A stretch of DNA of 47,431 bases, filler included, from Bacteroidales bacterium (lineage in GTDB: Bacteria; Bacteroidota; Bacteroidia; Bacteroidales; CAIWKO01), in assembly GCA_035389045.1 (NCBI GenBank). It is 13 parts of 13 records of this genome, joined end to end, with 100 filler letters (N's around TTAATTAATTAA, not from the genome) between each part and the next. Parts side by side here need not be neighbours in the genome. Positions count along the whole stretch, not along the records: positions 10,452 to 15,114 come from DAOORA010000122.1; positions 15,215 to 19,134 come from DAOORA010000126.1; positions 19,235 to 22,866 come from DAOORA010000127.1; 10 more parts are not named here. One strand, 5' to 3'. The notes under the pieces are model-generated. The model made no database searches, was not told the DNA's origin, and worked only from the letters and a program-made list of their open reading frames with translations. A program made the position numbers and the translations under genes. Positions 10,352-19,950 of this stretch are shown piece after piece. How positions within the stretch are numbered: the first letter of the stretch is position 1; each line of letters opens with the position of its first letter.

Positions 10352-10451
10352 NNNNNNNNNNNNNNNNNNNNNNNNNNNNNNNNNNNNNNNNNNNNTTAAT
10401 TAATTAANNNNNNNNNNNNNNNNNNNNNNNNNNNNNNNNNNNNNNNNNNNN

Positions 10452-11985
10452 CCCCACGCCAATGGTGATTGTTCCTGCTGATACCACCATTTGTGACGGT
10501 ACCGTCGTCGCAGCTTCGGTGTTTACAAGCCTCACAGCAGGCGCAACGTTTACCTGGTCAAATCCGGCAACCACCATAGGTCTTGCAGGAAGCGGCACAG
10601 GCAATGTACCCGCCTTTACTGCGACCAATAACGGCACAGTGCCTGTAACAGCAACAATTACAGTAACCCCTGCAGCAAATAACTGTACCGGTACGCCATC
10701 ATCTTATTCCATTACTGTCAATCCCCTCCCGGTGATCACGTTCACCCCAATGCCATACGTATGTTTCACATCACCTGCATTTACGCTGTCGCAGGCTTCT
10801 CCGGCGGGAGGGACGTATTCGGGAACGGGTGTCAGCGGAACCTCCTACGATCCGTCTGTGGCAGGTATCGGCACACATACCATTACGTATGATTATACCA
10901 ACCCGGCCACCGGATGCAGTAATACGGGCAGCACCCAGATTGTCATTAACGGATTGCTGACGGTTACCGTAAGCCCCAACAACCCTTTTATTTGCGAAGA
11001 CAACAGTGTTGTCCTTACCGCTGCAGGAGCCACCAGCTATACCTGGGAGCCCTCAGCCAGCCTTTCATCTGCCACCGGAGCCAATGTTCTGGCAACGCCA
11101 CCCGCAACCACAATATATTCTGTTGTGGGCACCAACCCCGACGGATGTATAGGTTCTGCCACCGTAGCTGTCGGCATATACCCTGTACCAGTGATGGTTA
11201 TTACGCCTTCCCCGCAGAAAGGATGCATCCCGCTGGAAGTGACTTTCGGGTACGGCCCATTGGGCCCCATAGATACCAATACCATATCATGGAATTTCGG
11301 AGACCTCTCCTCACCTTTCAACACATCCACAGAAACAACTCCAACGCATATCTACAATAACAGCGGTCATTTCCCTGTATATCTCAGCGCCCACACCACA
11401 GATGGCTGCCCGGTTTCCGTAGTGGATTCTATCTTTGCTTTCATTGTTCCTATTGCTGATTTTTATTATAACCCTCCGGTGGCCTATTCGGATAATCCCA
11501 GGCTGGACTTTATCGATCTGTCGTTTGCTGCCAACACCTGGCTATGGAATTTTGGCGATCCGCTTTCCTATAACAACAACTTATCCGATCTGCAAAATCC
11601 TTTTCACGTCTTTTCTGATTCCGGAACCTATGTGGTACAGCTTGTTGTTTTCAGCGATCAGAGTTGTTCCGACACTATAGAGAAACCCCTGATCATTTAT
11701 CCGTCGATCATCATTTATATTCCAAATGCTTTTACACCTAATCTGGACGGGCGTAATGAAACGTTCAAGCCTATCATAACCGGGAGTGATGAAAGCCAAT
11801 ACGAATTCTTTATATACGACCGCTGGGGCAGGCTGGAATTTCACACCAATGATTACAACGAAGGATGGGACGGAAAAAACAATGGTAAGCCGTGTGAATT
11901 AGGCGTATATGTTTATCTGGTCAAATACACCAGTGTTACCGGAAAGGATTATAAAGTCAAAGGGCTGGTTACGCTTATCAGATGA
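10452..11985 (+). CDS. T9SS type B (gliding-motility-associated C-terminal domain) protein with PKD/PKD-like domains, 5'-truncated
   Basis: WNFGD PKD motifs; C-terminal YIPNAFTPNLDGRNETF...IYDRWG...WDG...GVYVY...GLVTLIR. Confidence 0.88.
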
Positions 11986-12251
11986 TTTTTATCAAAACAA
12001 ATTAATCATTGATATTCCACACGAATGGTTATTATTAATAACTTACGGGAAGTTTTTTGTATACCATTGAAATGTTTTTCGCATATCACAAACAAAAATA
12101 TTTCTGATAAATTTAGTCTTTATTTGCCTGAAAAGACATTATTAAATGACTGTGCGGCCATGTATTTATTTGTTTTCTGTCTGTTGAATTTAGCTCATCC
12201 CCTATGAACAAATTACAAAAATCTATCCTGATTATTCATTAATAACTGTGA

Positions 12252-13199
12252 ATGAGCATATTATATAAACAAATGAAAACAGCGCCGGACATACTTTCAT
12301 TGATTGGCAACACGCCTTTGCTGCGATTAAACAGATTTGCTGAAGAATGTCATGCGGAAATCTTTGGTAAACTTGAGTTTTTCAATCCGGCTTCGTCAGT
12401 CAAGGACAGGATTGCACTGGCAATGATAGAAGGAGGTGAAACAACCGGCCGGATAAAAAAAGACACGGTTATTATTGAACCCACCAGTGGCAACACCGGT
12501 ATAGGACTCGCTATGGTCTGCGCTGTGAAAGGCTACCGCCTAATACTTGTCATGCCTGATAACATGAGCATTGAACGGCGTAACATCCTTAAAAGCTTCG
12601 GAGCGCAGGTTGAACTCACCCCTGCCTCCGAGGGAATGCTGGGATCCATAAAAAAAGCCGAAGAGCTGCTTTCCCGCTTTGATTCTTCATTTATGCCGAT
12701 GCAATTTACCAATGAGGCCAACCCTGACATACACCGGAAAACAACGGCAGAGGAGATATGGAGAGATACTGACGGGAAAATAGATATTTTTATTTCGGGT
12801 GTTGGCACCGGAGGGACAATTACGGGAGTCGCGGAAGCATTGAAACAAAAAAATCCCCGCATAGAAGCTATTGCCGTTGAACCTGCCGGATCTGCTGTTT
12901 TATCCGGAAGCAAGCCATCACCGCATAAAATCCAGGGTATAGGCGCCGGATTCATACCTGCTGTGTTAAATAAGAACATCGTTGACAGGATCATCACCGT
13001 GACGGATCAGGATGCTGTTGAAACAGCCAAAGTACTGATCAGGCATGAAGGGATTTTTTGCGGAATATCATCCGGAGCCAATGCCTGGGCCGCCAGACAG
13101 GAAGGATTAAATCCCGGAAATAAAGGCAAGATCATAGTGTTTATGGTTTGCGACACTGCAGAACGATATCTTAGTACAGAATTATTTAAATCTGAATAA
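12252..13199 (+). CDS. cysK: Cysteine synthase A
   Basis: NPASSVKDR (PLP lysine), EPTSGNTG, GVGTGGT and HKIQGIGAG motifs. Confidence 0.95.
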   Translation: MSILYKQMKTAPDILSLIGNTPLLRLNRFAEECHAEIFGKLEFFNPASSVKDRIALAMIEGGETTGRIKKDTVIIEPTSGNTGIGLAMVCAVKGYRLILVMPDNMSIERRNILKSFGAQVELTPASEGMLGSIKKAEELLSRFDSSFMPMQFTNEANPDIHRKTTAEEIWRDTDGKIDIFISGVGTGGTITGVAEALKQKNPRIEAIAVEPAGSAVLSGSKPSPHKIQGIGAGFIPAVLNKNIVDRIITVTDQDAVETAKVLIRHEGIFCGISSGANAWAARQEGLNPGNKGKIIVFMVCDTAERYLSTELFKSE

Positions 13200-13200
13200 T

Positions 13201-14085
13201 ATGACCAGTCCATTGGATAAAAAAAACATCATTGACAGAATTGTCCGTGAATTCAGTGAGCAGGATGTTTCGGGAGTATTACAGCATCTGTCCGCCCATG
13301 ACATGCCCATGCCATCCATAGAAAGTCTGAACGAGATTATGGAGTTATTGAAAAAAGTACTTTTTCCGGGTTTTTTCGGACATTCAGAAGTCAGCTCAGA
13401 AACCATGGATTATTACATCGGAGCAAACCTCGATAACGTATACCGTTTATTGTCGGAACAAATCAAAAGAGGGTTCTGCTTTGAATGTCATGATGAAAAC
13501 CGGCTGTGTAATGAATGTGAATACAAGGCCAAAGATGTCACCAAAAGGTTTTTATCATCATTGCCCGGGATCAAGCACCTGCTTTCGACAGATGTGATCG
13601 CAGCCTTCAATGGCGACCCCGCTGCCCGGAATTATGGCGAAGCAATCTTTTGCTATCCCAGTATTTCAGCCCTGGCTTATTACAGAATCGCCCATGAATT
13701 GCTAAAATTAGAGGTTCCGCTGATCCCCAGGATCATCACCGAGATGTCACATTCGCTTACAGGCATTGACATACACCCCGGCGCCACCATTGGTGAATAT
13801 TTTTTTATTGACCACGGCACCGGTGTTGTAATAGGTGAAACCACCATCATCGGAAAAAATGTACGATTATACCAGGGCGTCACCCTGGGAGCAAAAAGTT
13901 TTCCGCTGGATGAAAACGGCAAACCAATCAAGGGAATACCAAGACATCCCATAGTAGAGGACGATGTGATCATATATTCAAATTCCACTATTCTGGGGCG
14001 CATCACCATCGGCAGGGGTGCGGTCATCGGAGGCAATCAATGGGTCACAAAGGATGTTCCGGCAGAAAAGAAAGTTACTGAATAA
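13201..14085 (+). CDS. cysE: Serine O-acetyltransferase
   Basis: GDPAA, GIDIHPGA, IDHGTGVVIGET and RHP motifs with hexapeptide repeats; 1 nt after cysK. Confidence 0.93.
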   Translation: MTSPLDKKNIIDRIVREFSEQDVSGVLQHLSAHDMPMPSIESLNEIMELLKKVLFPGFFGHSEVSSETMDYYIGANLDNVYRLLSEQIKRGFCFECHDENRLCNECEYKAKDVTKRFLSSLPGIKHLLSTDVIAAFNGDPAARNYGEAIFCYPSISALAYYRIAHELLKLEVPLIPRIITEMSHSLTGIDIHPGATIGEYFFIDHGTGVVIGETTIIGKNVRLYQGVTLGAKSFPLDENGKPIKGIPRHPIVEDDVIIYSNSTILGRITIGRGAVIGGNQWVTKDVPAEKKVTE

Positions 14086-14430
14086 ATAGAATTAGGCGCA
14101 TAGATAATAACCGAATAAGGAGTAATATTGTGGAAAGTATACTTAATTATGTAGTGCATAGCTCCGGAGGAGCTTAATGTTGGTAAAATTAACACATAGC
14201 AATAACATCCCGCTCCTTAGGAGCGGAACCTTAACTGAATTATTTTTTTTACCAACATTACATTCCTACGGAATGAAAAAATATTGTAAAAGCCCTGAAA
14301 ACAAAGCTATTCAGCATATTTGTACTATTTTTCACGAACGACAGTGAAATTAATCAGTCGTTTTAAAAATAAATTGAATAAAGCGCATAGATAATAACCT
14401 AAAAAGGAGTAATGTTGTGGAAAGTAGACT
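14081..14430. repeat. 63-bp direct repeat (14081-14143 / 14368-14430) bracketing a multi-hairpin REP-like element (14161-14275)
   Basis: 7 mismatches in 63 nt by hand alignment; hairpins GCTCCGGAGGAGC, GCTCCTTAGGAGC and ATTCCTACGGAAT. Confidence 0.8.
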
Positions 14431-14622
14431 AAAATATTTGTGGTGCAAAAGTTTAAGGGCTTTATGATATTCTAGTTTCAGCAAAAATTCCCAAACGAAT
14501 TCGTATGAAAGAAAAAATATTTAATAATCTGATGAAACGAATTATAAATTGTTCACCACAAGCCTATAAATATCTTATTGCTTAAGTGCCTAATTCAAAG
14601 AATAAATTCAATACTAAATTCT

Positions 14623-15087
14623 ATGCGAAGAAAAGTTTTATACCAGGATCTGGAGAAAATTGAAAAAATAATCGAAAAATGTGATGCCTGCTTTGTTGGT
14701 ATGGCGGATGAGGACAATCAGCCTTATGTAGTCCCGTTCAACTTTGGTTACAAAGACAAATGCATATACCTGCATTCGGCCCGTACCGGGAAAAAGATGG
14801 ATATTTTACAGAAAAATAATAAAGTTTGTGTTTCATTCAGCACCGATCATCAGATTGCCTGCCAGCATCCCGATGTTGCATGCAGCTATCTTTTGCGTTA
14901 CCGGAGCGTGCAGGCATTCGGTCATATTGAATTCATCGAGGACCCTGATGAAAAAGCTGAGGCACTCAATATCATCATGCAAAAATATACCGGTCGCGAC
15001 TTTAAATACAGCACACCATCCATCAGGGAAGTAGCTACATATAAAGTGTTGGTTGATAAGATCTACGGAAAAGAATTCGGATATTAA
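14623..15087 (+). CDS. Pyridoxamine 5'-phosphate oxidase-like (NimA-like) flavin-binding protein
   Basis: MRRK...PYVVPFNFGY...IYLHSARTGKKMDIL...YRSVQAFG; ATG 14623 is the likely start. Confidence 0.85.
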   Translation: MRRKVLYQDLEKIEKIIEKCDACFVGMADEDNQPYVVPFNFGYKDKCIYLHSARTGKKMDILQKNNKVCVSFSTDHQIACQHPDVACSYLLRYRSVQAFGHIEFIEDPDEKAEALNIIMQKYTGRDFKYSTPSIREVATYKVLVDKIYGKEFGY

Positions 15088-15379
15088 GAAATTGTTTTGA
15101 TTTTATCTTTTCATNNNNNNNNNNNNNNNNNNNNNNNNNNNNNNNNNNNNNNNNNNNNTTAATTAATTAANNNNNNNNNNNNNNNNNNNNNNNNNNNNNN
15201 NNNNNNNNNNNNNNTATTCTTTTAAGTAGTACAATCAGTCAGGAAATTTTGAGGAAACTCCAGTAAATAAATGAAAGTCGCATTGGGCGGATAATCTTTT
15301 TTAAGCTGTGTGTTATAATGTGAAAAACACCTTATGAAACAAACCATTTTCAGGAACTTGTTGTTATACAATTATTTCT

Positions 15380-15813
15380 TTTGTGCCGTCAGGCACAATA
15401 TATTGGTAGCAATAATGATGATGTGCGTTTATACCGTCCCGTACGGGACGGAACATCCTGATACAACGATTTGTTATCCATATCAAATCCCTGCCGGGAT
15501 TTGCAGAAAAAATGATAAAATCATCGTAATCAGTGACATCAGAAACAATTATTTCTTTTTCAGATGGAGTTTTTCGGCTATCAGCAGCATGAATTTGTTT
15601 GTGCCGTCAGGCACAATATAAGGGTAGCAATAATGATGTTATGCGTTTATACCGTCCCGTACGGGACGGAACATCCTGATACACCGATTTGTAACCCATA
15701 TTAAATCCCTGCCGGGATTTGCAGAAAAAATGACAAAATCAGCGTAATCAATGACATCAGAAACAATTATTTCTTTTTCAGATGGAGTTTTTCGCCTTCC
15801 AGAAGCATGAATT
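15380..15813. repeat. 218-bp tandem duplication of a multi-hairpin REP-like element plus the last ~47 nt of the CCA-enzyme gene
   Basis: GTGCCGTCAGGCAC at 15383 and 15601, CCGTCCCGTACGGGACGG in both units; 15549-15595 copies 15767-15813. Confidence 0.9.
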
Positions 15814-17191
15814 GATAGGCTTCGTCAAAATTATTGCCTATTTTACCATCTAAAATGGCTTCCCGGATAGCCGTCTTGATGATGCCTACTTCTATGCAGG
15901 GTGTTAATCCGAATGTTTCCATGATGATCTCGCCCGAAATGGGGGGCTGCCAGTTTCGCAGGCGGTCTTTTTCTTCTATTTCAGCCATTTTGGAGCGGAC
16001 AGTTTCAAAATTTTTCAGAAAGCGCTCCACTTTGTGAATGTTCTTTGAGGTGATATCTGCCTCGCACAGCAGCATCAGGTCGTCAATACTGTCCCCGGCC
16101 TCAAAAAGCAGACGTCTTACCGCCGAATCTGTTACAATGTCTTCAGCCAGGACTATGGGTCTGAGGTGCAGAAAAACAAGGTTCTGAACATATTTCATTT
16201 TTTCGTTCAGAGGCAGACGGAACATTTTAAAGATATCATAAACCATGTGCGAACCTTTGGTTTCATGCCCGTGGAACGTCCAGCCGGTTTCCGGCACATA
16301 TTTTTTCACCGCGGGTTTGCCGATATCATGGAGCAAAGCAGCCCATCTCAGCCAAAGGTTGTCTGTGTTTAACGAAATCTTGTCGAGCACCTGCAGCGTA
16401 TGATAAAAATTGTCTTTGTGGCCTTTGTTATCTTTTACGTCAATACCCTTTAACGCAGCAAACTGCGGGAAGATAAGTTCAAGCAACCCGGTTTTGTCAA
16501 GGTGAATGAATCCGATGGAAGGGACAGGAGCCATGATGATTTTATTCAGCTCTTCGGCTATCCGTTCCTTAGAGATGATATTGATACGTTCTTTATTTGT
16601 AGAGATGGCCTGGTAGGTTTCGGGGTGAACCGAGAAATTCAGTTGTGTGGCAAACCTTATGGCGCGCATCATGCGAAGGGGGTCGTCAGAGAACGTAATA
16701 TCCGGATTCAGCGGTGTACGGATGATACGTTTTTTCAGATCCGAATAGCCGTCGAATGGGTCAATAAGCTCACCGTAGTTATTTCTTTGCAGGCTGATGG
16801 ACATGGCATTGATGGTAAAATCTCGACGGTCCTGATCATCTTTGAGCGAGCCTTCCGTTACTGCAGGTTTTCGCGAATCATGCCGGTAGGATTCTTTACG
16901 GGCGCCTACAAATTCGATGTTGTAATCGTTATAATGCAACATGGCCGTGCCAAAGTTGCGGAAGATCTTAACATGGCAATCTTTGCCAATGGCAGAGGCT
17001 ACCTGCTCTGCCAGTTGAATACCGCTGCCCTTTACCACGATGTCAATATCCTTGCAGGGGCGCTTCAGCATGATATCCCTTACAAAACCACCTATGACGA
17101 ATACCTGAAGGTCATTGCTCCAGGCAATATCCGAGATAATTTTAAAAACCGGATGTTGTAAGTGTTTTTTCAAAATAAACGGGTACGGCAA
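15767..17191 (-). CDS. cca: CCA tRNA nucleotidyltransferase / poly(A) polymerase family with HD domain
   Basis: GGFVRD...DIDI, RRDFTINA, DDPLRMMRA and LLHDIGK motifs. Confidence 0.9.
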   Translation of the reverse strand: MPYPFILKKHLQHPVFKIISDIAWSNDLQVFVIGGFVRDIMLKRPCKDIDIVVKGSGIQLAEQVASAIGKDCHVKIFRNFGTAMLHYNDYNIEFVGARKESYRHDSRKPAVTEGSLKDDQDRRDFTINAMSISLQRNNYGELIDPFDGYSDLKKRIIRTPLNPDITFSDDPLRMMRAIRFATQLNFSVHPETYQAISTNKERINIISKERIAEELNKIIMAPVPSIGFIHLDKTGLLELIFPQFAALKGIDVKDNKGHKDNFYHTLQVLDKISLNTDNLWLRWAALLHDIGKPAVKKYVPETGWTFHGHETKGSHMVYDIFKMFRLPLNEKMKYVQNLVFLHLRPIVLAEDIVTDSAVRRLLFEAGDSIDDLMLLCEADITSKNIHKVERFLKNFETVRSKMAEIEEKDRLRNWQPPISGEIIMETFGLTPCIEVGIIKTAIREAILDGKIGNNFDEAYQFMLLEGEKLHLKKK

Positions 17192-17216
17192 CGTGCAAAA
17201 ATACTAAAAAGATGTT

Positions 17217-17780
17217 TTAGTACCTTACAATTTCATATTCGCCTTTAAGGTTGAACCTGATGACAGTAGAGGACTTGATTTCTTTGATACGTGTCCTGTA
17301 CAGATCCACGGCATAATCAACCTGATCGATAATCTCTTTGCTGATTTTGCTGAAAATCAACGGCGTGGGTTCTCCCGAAATATTTGCCGAAGTAGACACC
17401 AGGGGTTTATTCATCATGCTGATCAGTTTGCTGCAGAATTCATCGTGTATGATGCGGATGGCGATGCTACCGTCATCGGCAACCAGGTTTTTCGGCAGGT
17501 TTTTGGCTTTGGGATAGATAATGGTGAGCGGTGTATCAATATTATTTATAAAATCATAAGCTATTTCCGGGATTTCCTCAACGTACTGGTATAACTTTTC
17601 GGGCATATCAAGTAAAATGATCATGCTTTTGTTTTCCGGACGTCTTTTGATCTGGGAAATCCGCTCAATAGATTTTGGTTTGGTGGCATCACATCCCAAA
17701 CCCCAAACGGTGTCGGTAGGGTAGAGTATGACTCCGCCTTTCCGGATGACTTCAAAAGTTTTTAAGAGTTCGTCTTTCAT
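17217..17780 (-). CDS. tsaC: L-threonylcarbamoyladenylate synthase (YrdC/Sua5 family)
   Basis: YPTDTVWGLGCDA, KRR and STSANISG motifs. Confidence 0.92.
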   Translation of the reverse strand: MKDELLKTFEVIRKGGVILYPTDTVWGLGCDATKPKSIERISQIKRRPENKSMIILLDMPEKLYQYVEEIPEIAYDFINNIDTPLTIIYPKAKNLPKNLVADDGSIAIRIIHDEFCSKLISMMNKPLVSTSANISGEPTPLIFSKISKEIIDQVDYAVDLYRTRIKEIKSSTVIRFNLKGEYEIVRY

Positions 17781-18769
17781 GAGTTAAAACACTGTAATAA
17801 TTGATCGTTAGTGATGGTAGTTGCGCATTTAAAATGTTTTTCGGGACATACCGTGTAGCCATGAATTCCGCAGGGGCGGCACTTAAGGGTTTCATGGGTC
17901 TGTACGATGAATGAGCGCCCGGACAAAGGCCCAAAACCAAAAGCGGGATCAGTAGAGCAGAATATCCCTGCCACAGGGGCATTTACTGCCGATGCCAGGT
18001 GTAATGGCGCCGAATCATTGGTAAAATTCATTTTTGCATCTTTTAGCAGCGCGGCAGTCTGTAAAAAACTGAGCTTGCCGGACAGATTTGAGATGTTATT
18101 TTTTACGCTTTTCCGGATGATATTGTTACATAGTTCTTCATCATTTTTTGAACCAATCAGAAAAACATAAAGCTCATCGGGCAGCGAATTCAAAAACTCT
18201 ATCCATTTTTTTTCAGGGAATTTTTTGGTTTCCCATATCGAAGAAGGGGCAATGCATATATATGGCCTGTCCTTATATTGCTTAACTTTTTCTTTATCTG
18301 CAATATCAGGATATAGTTTTATTTGCCGTTTTGCTTCTGTAATATGTTCTATCAGCATCAGGTTGCGGTCGATCTCGTGCAGGCTGGTACCTGTGCCTAT
18401 GATGTGCCGGACTTTGTTTTTAAATAAAAAAGAAAACGGATTTTTATCAAAGCCACTGGTGCTGGATGCTTTTGAAAAAGCAGTCAGCAGGCCTGTGGCA
18501 GCAAAACGCTGCAGATTGATCACATGGTCGTATCTTTTTTTCCTTATTTGTTTTAATAATTGAAAAAGATGGCTGTATTTGTTACTGCTTTTGTCCCAAA
18601 CCATTATTTGGTGAATATAAGGATGGCCTTCAAACAGCGTTTCGCATCCCTTTTTCAGCAAAAAGTCTATCTCCACAGGCGGGGCATGCCTGGCAAAACT
18701 TTCTATCAGGGGTGTGGTAAGTATTACATCACCGATGGAAGCTGTTTGTATAATCAGTATTCGTTTCAG
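17777..18769 (-). CDS. Glycosyltransferase family 9 (heptosyltransferase-like), probable CTG start
   Basis: NDSAPLHLASA motif; the frame extends 31 codons upstream of the track start to LKRILIIQTASIGDVILTTPLI, the typical GT9 N-terminus. Confidence 0.88.
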   Translation of the reverse strand: MKRILIIQTASIGDVILTTPLIESFARHAPPVEIDFLLKKGCETLFEGHPYIHQIMVWDKSSNKYSHLFQLLKQIRKKRYDHVINLQRFAATGLLTAFSKASSTSGFDKNPFSFLFKNKVRHIIGTGTSLHEIDRNLMLIEHITEAKRQIKLYPDIADKEKVKQYKDRPYICIAPSSIWETKKFPEKKWIEFLNSLPDELYVFLIGSKNDEELCNNIIRKSVKNNISNLSGKLSFLQTAALLKDAKMNFTNDSAPLHLASAVNAPVAGIFCSTDPAFGFGPLSGRSFIVQTHETLKCRPCGIHGYTVCPEKHFKCATTITNDQLLQCFNS

Positions 18770-18935
18770 AGCAGGAGATTTAAAAATGCTAAATTAATAA
18801 ATTTATTTGAAAACTTAGTGAATAATCGTTTGAAGCAGTCATGCCATAAATAGCTATTTATTTGTGAATATCCATATTAAACCTGTTTTTTAATAAATTT
18901 TCCTTATATTTGGAATATTAATCATCTACCAGCTT

Positions 18936-18995
18936 CACCCGTTGTGCGAAGTTTGTCACTTCGCACCCGTTGTGCGAAGTTTGTAACTTCGCACC
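18936..18995. repeat. Tandem pair of 28-bp hairpin units (GTGCGAAGT-N5-ACTTCGCAC)
   Basis: cacccgttgtgcgaagtttgt(c/a)acttcg twice. Confidence 0.85.
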
Positions 18996-19052
18996 TACAT
19001 GTTTTTCATTAATTTTTCTTATATTTGAAAGATCAATCATAATTTTTTTTCT

Positions 19053-19134
19053 ATGAAAAAATCACTGGCTTTTTTATTATTCTTTTCGATTTTGTTTTTT
19101 TACTTTATACCGTTAAATGCTCAGGTGGTGTCGC
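19053..19134 (+). CDS. Secreted protein N-terminus, truncated at the contig end
   Basis: MKKSLAFLLFFSILFFYFIPLNAQVVS signal peptide; TATATTTG box at 19020-19027. Confidence 0.65.
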
Positions 19135-19234
19135 NNNNNNNNNNNNNNNNNNNNNNNNNNNNNNNNNNNNNNNNNNNNTTAATTAATTAANNNNNNNNNN
19201 NNNNNNNNNNNNNNNNNNNNNNNNNNNNNNNNNN

Positions 19235-19389
19235 CACTGAATTAATGTCACCCCTCCGGTATAGGTTTTATACCCGTCGATGTTGTTCCATGCATAGATA
19301 TGGTATCCGTAAACGCCGGCCACGGCCTTCTCGATGCCGCCATTGTTATTCCTTGTTCCGTTCCTTCCTTCGCATGAACTACCCAGCCA
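19235..19389 (-). pseudogene. Duplicated 3' end (155 bp) of the 19951-22305 gene
   Basis: Gap-free match to 19952-20106 with 8 mismatches; homology is lost just past 19390. Confidence 0.85.
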
Positions 19390-19452
19390 GTTTTTCCTGA
19401 CTTCGCCGCTTAGGCACCAAATTTAATTTCCGGAAAGTAATGATTTTTCATT

Positions 19453-19620
19453 TTGTACTTTTTGTCTTGACACAAAAAGTACCAATCCGCCAGCTGGCGG
19501 ACAAGAAAATATTTTCCGAACCCTGTCTGCTTCCAGGCAGGCTTCGCACAGGCTACTCCCTGACACCTTGCTTCGGCAAGCTCAGCACACCGCATATTTT
19601 CTTGCCACCGCACTTTGCTG
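19453..19620. repeat. Composite repeat element with nested short hairpins
   Basis: GTACTTTTTGTCTTGACACAAAAAGTAC hairpin (also at 33379), TCCGCCAGCTGGCGGA at 19486-19501, CCTGTCTG-CTTC-CAGGCAGG at 19522-19541 and CTTCGGCAAGCTCAGC at 19571-19586. Confidence 0.75.
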
Positions 19621-19950
19621 CTTTGCAGCAATTCGAACCGTTCCAGCAAACAGTTGGCTTGTTAGCAATCAGTTATCGTTTTTTTTCTGTATAAACAATT
19701 CATTTAGAGATTAATGACTTATGAAAGTTGAGTTATTAAGATTTACAAGGCCTTCTATCATGTCTAACAATAATAGCCAAGTATGGCAGACGTTATTCTT
19801 GCCCGACGTCCTCCGGATGTCAAGAAATTTCATTACTTCTTTATCGTCGGGAAACCCATTTCTGAAATAAACAATTTTCAATGCATTATATATCAGAAAC
19901 TTGAAAGCAAATAAAATAAAAGTGTCGAAGTCGTGAGTTTTCCTTCACGC

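Noticed and set aside
15334..15621. Short ORFs over repeats (also 19410-19694, 22424-22651, 29966-30172, 37738-37953)
   Set aside because: They are translations of REP, MITE or tRNA sequence with no protein motifs.
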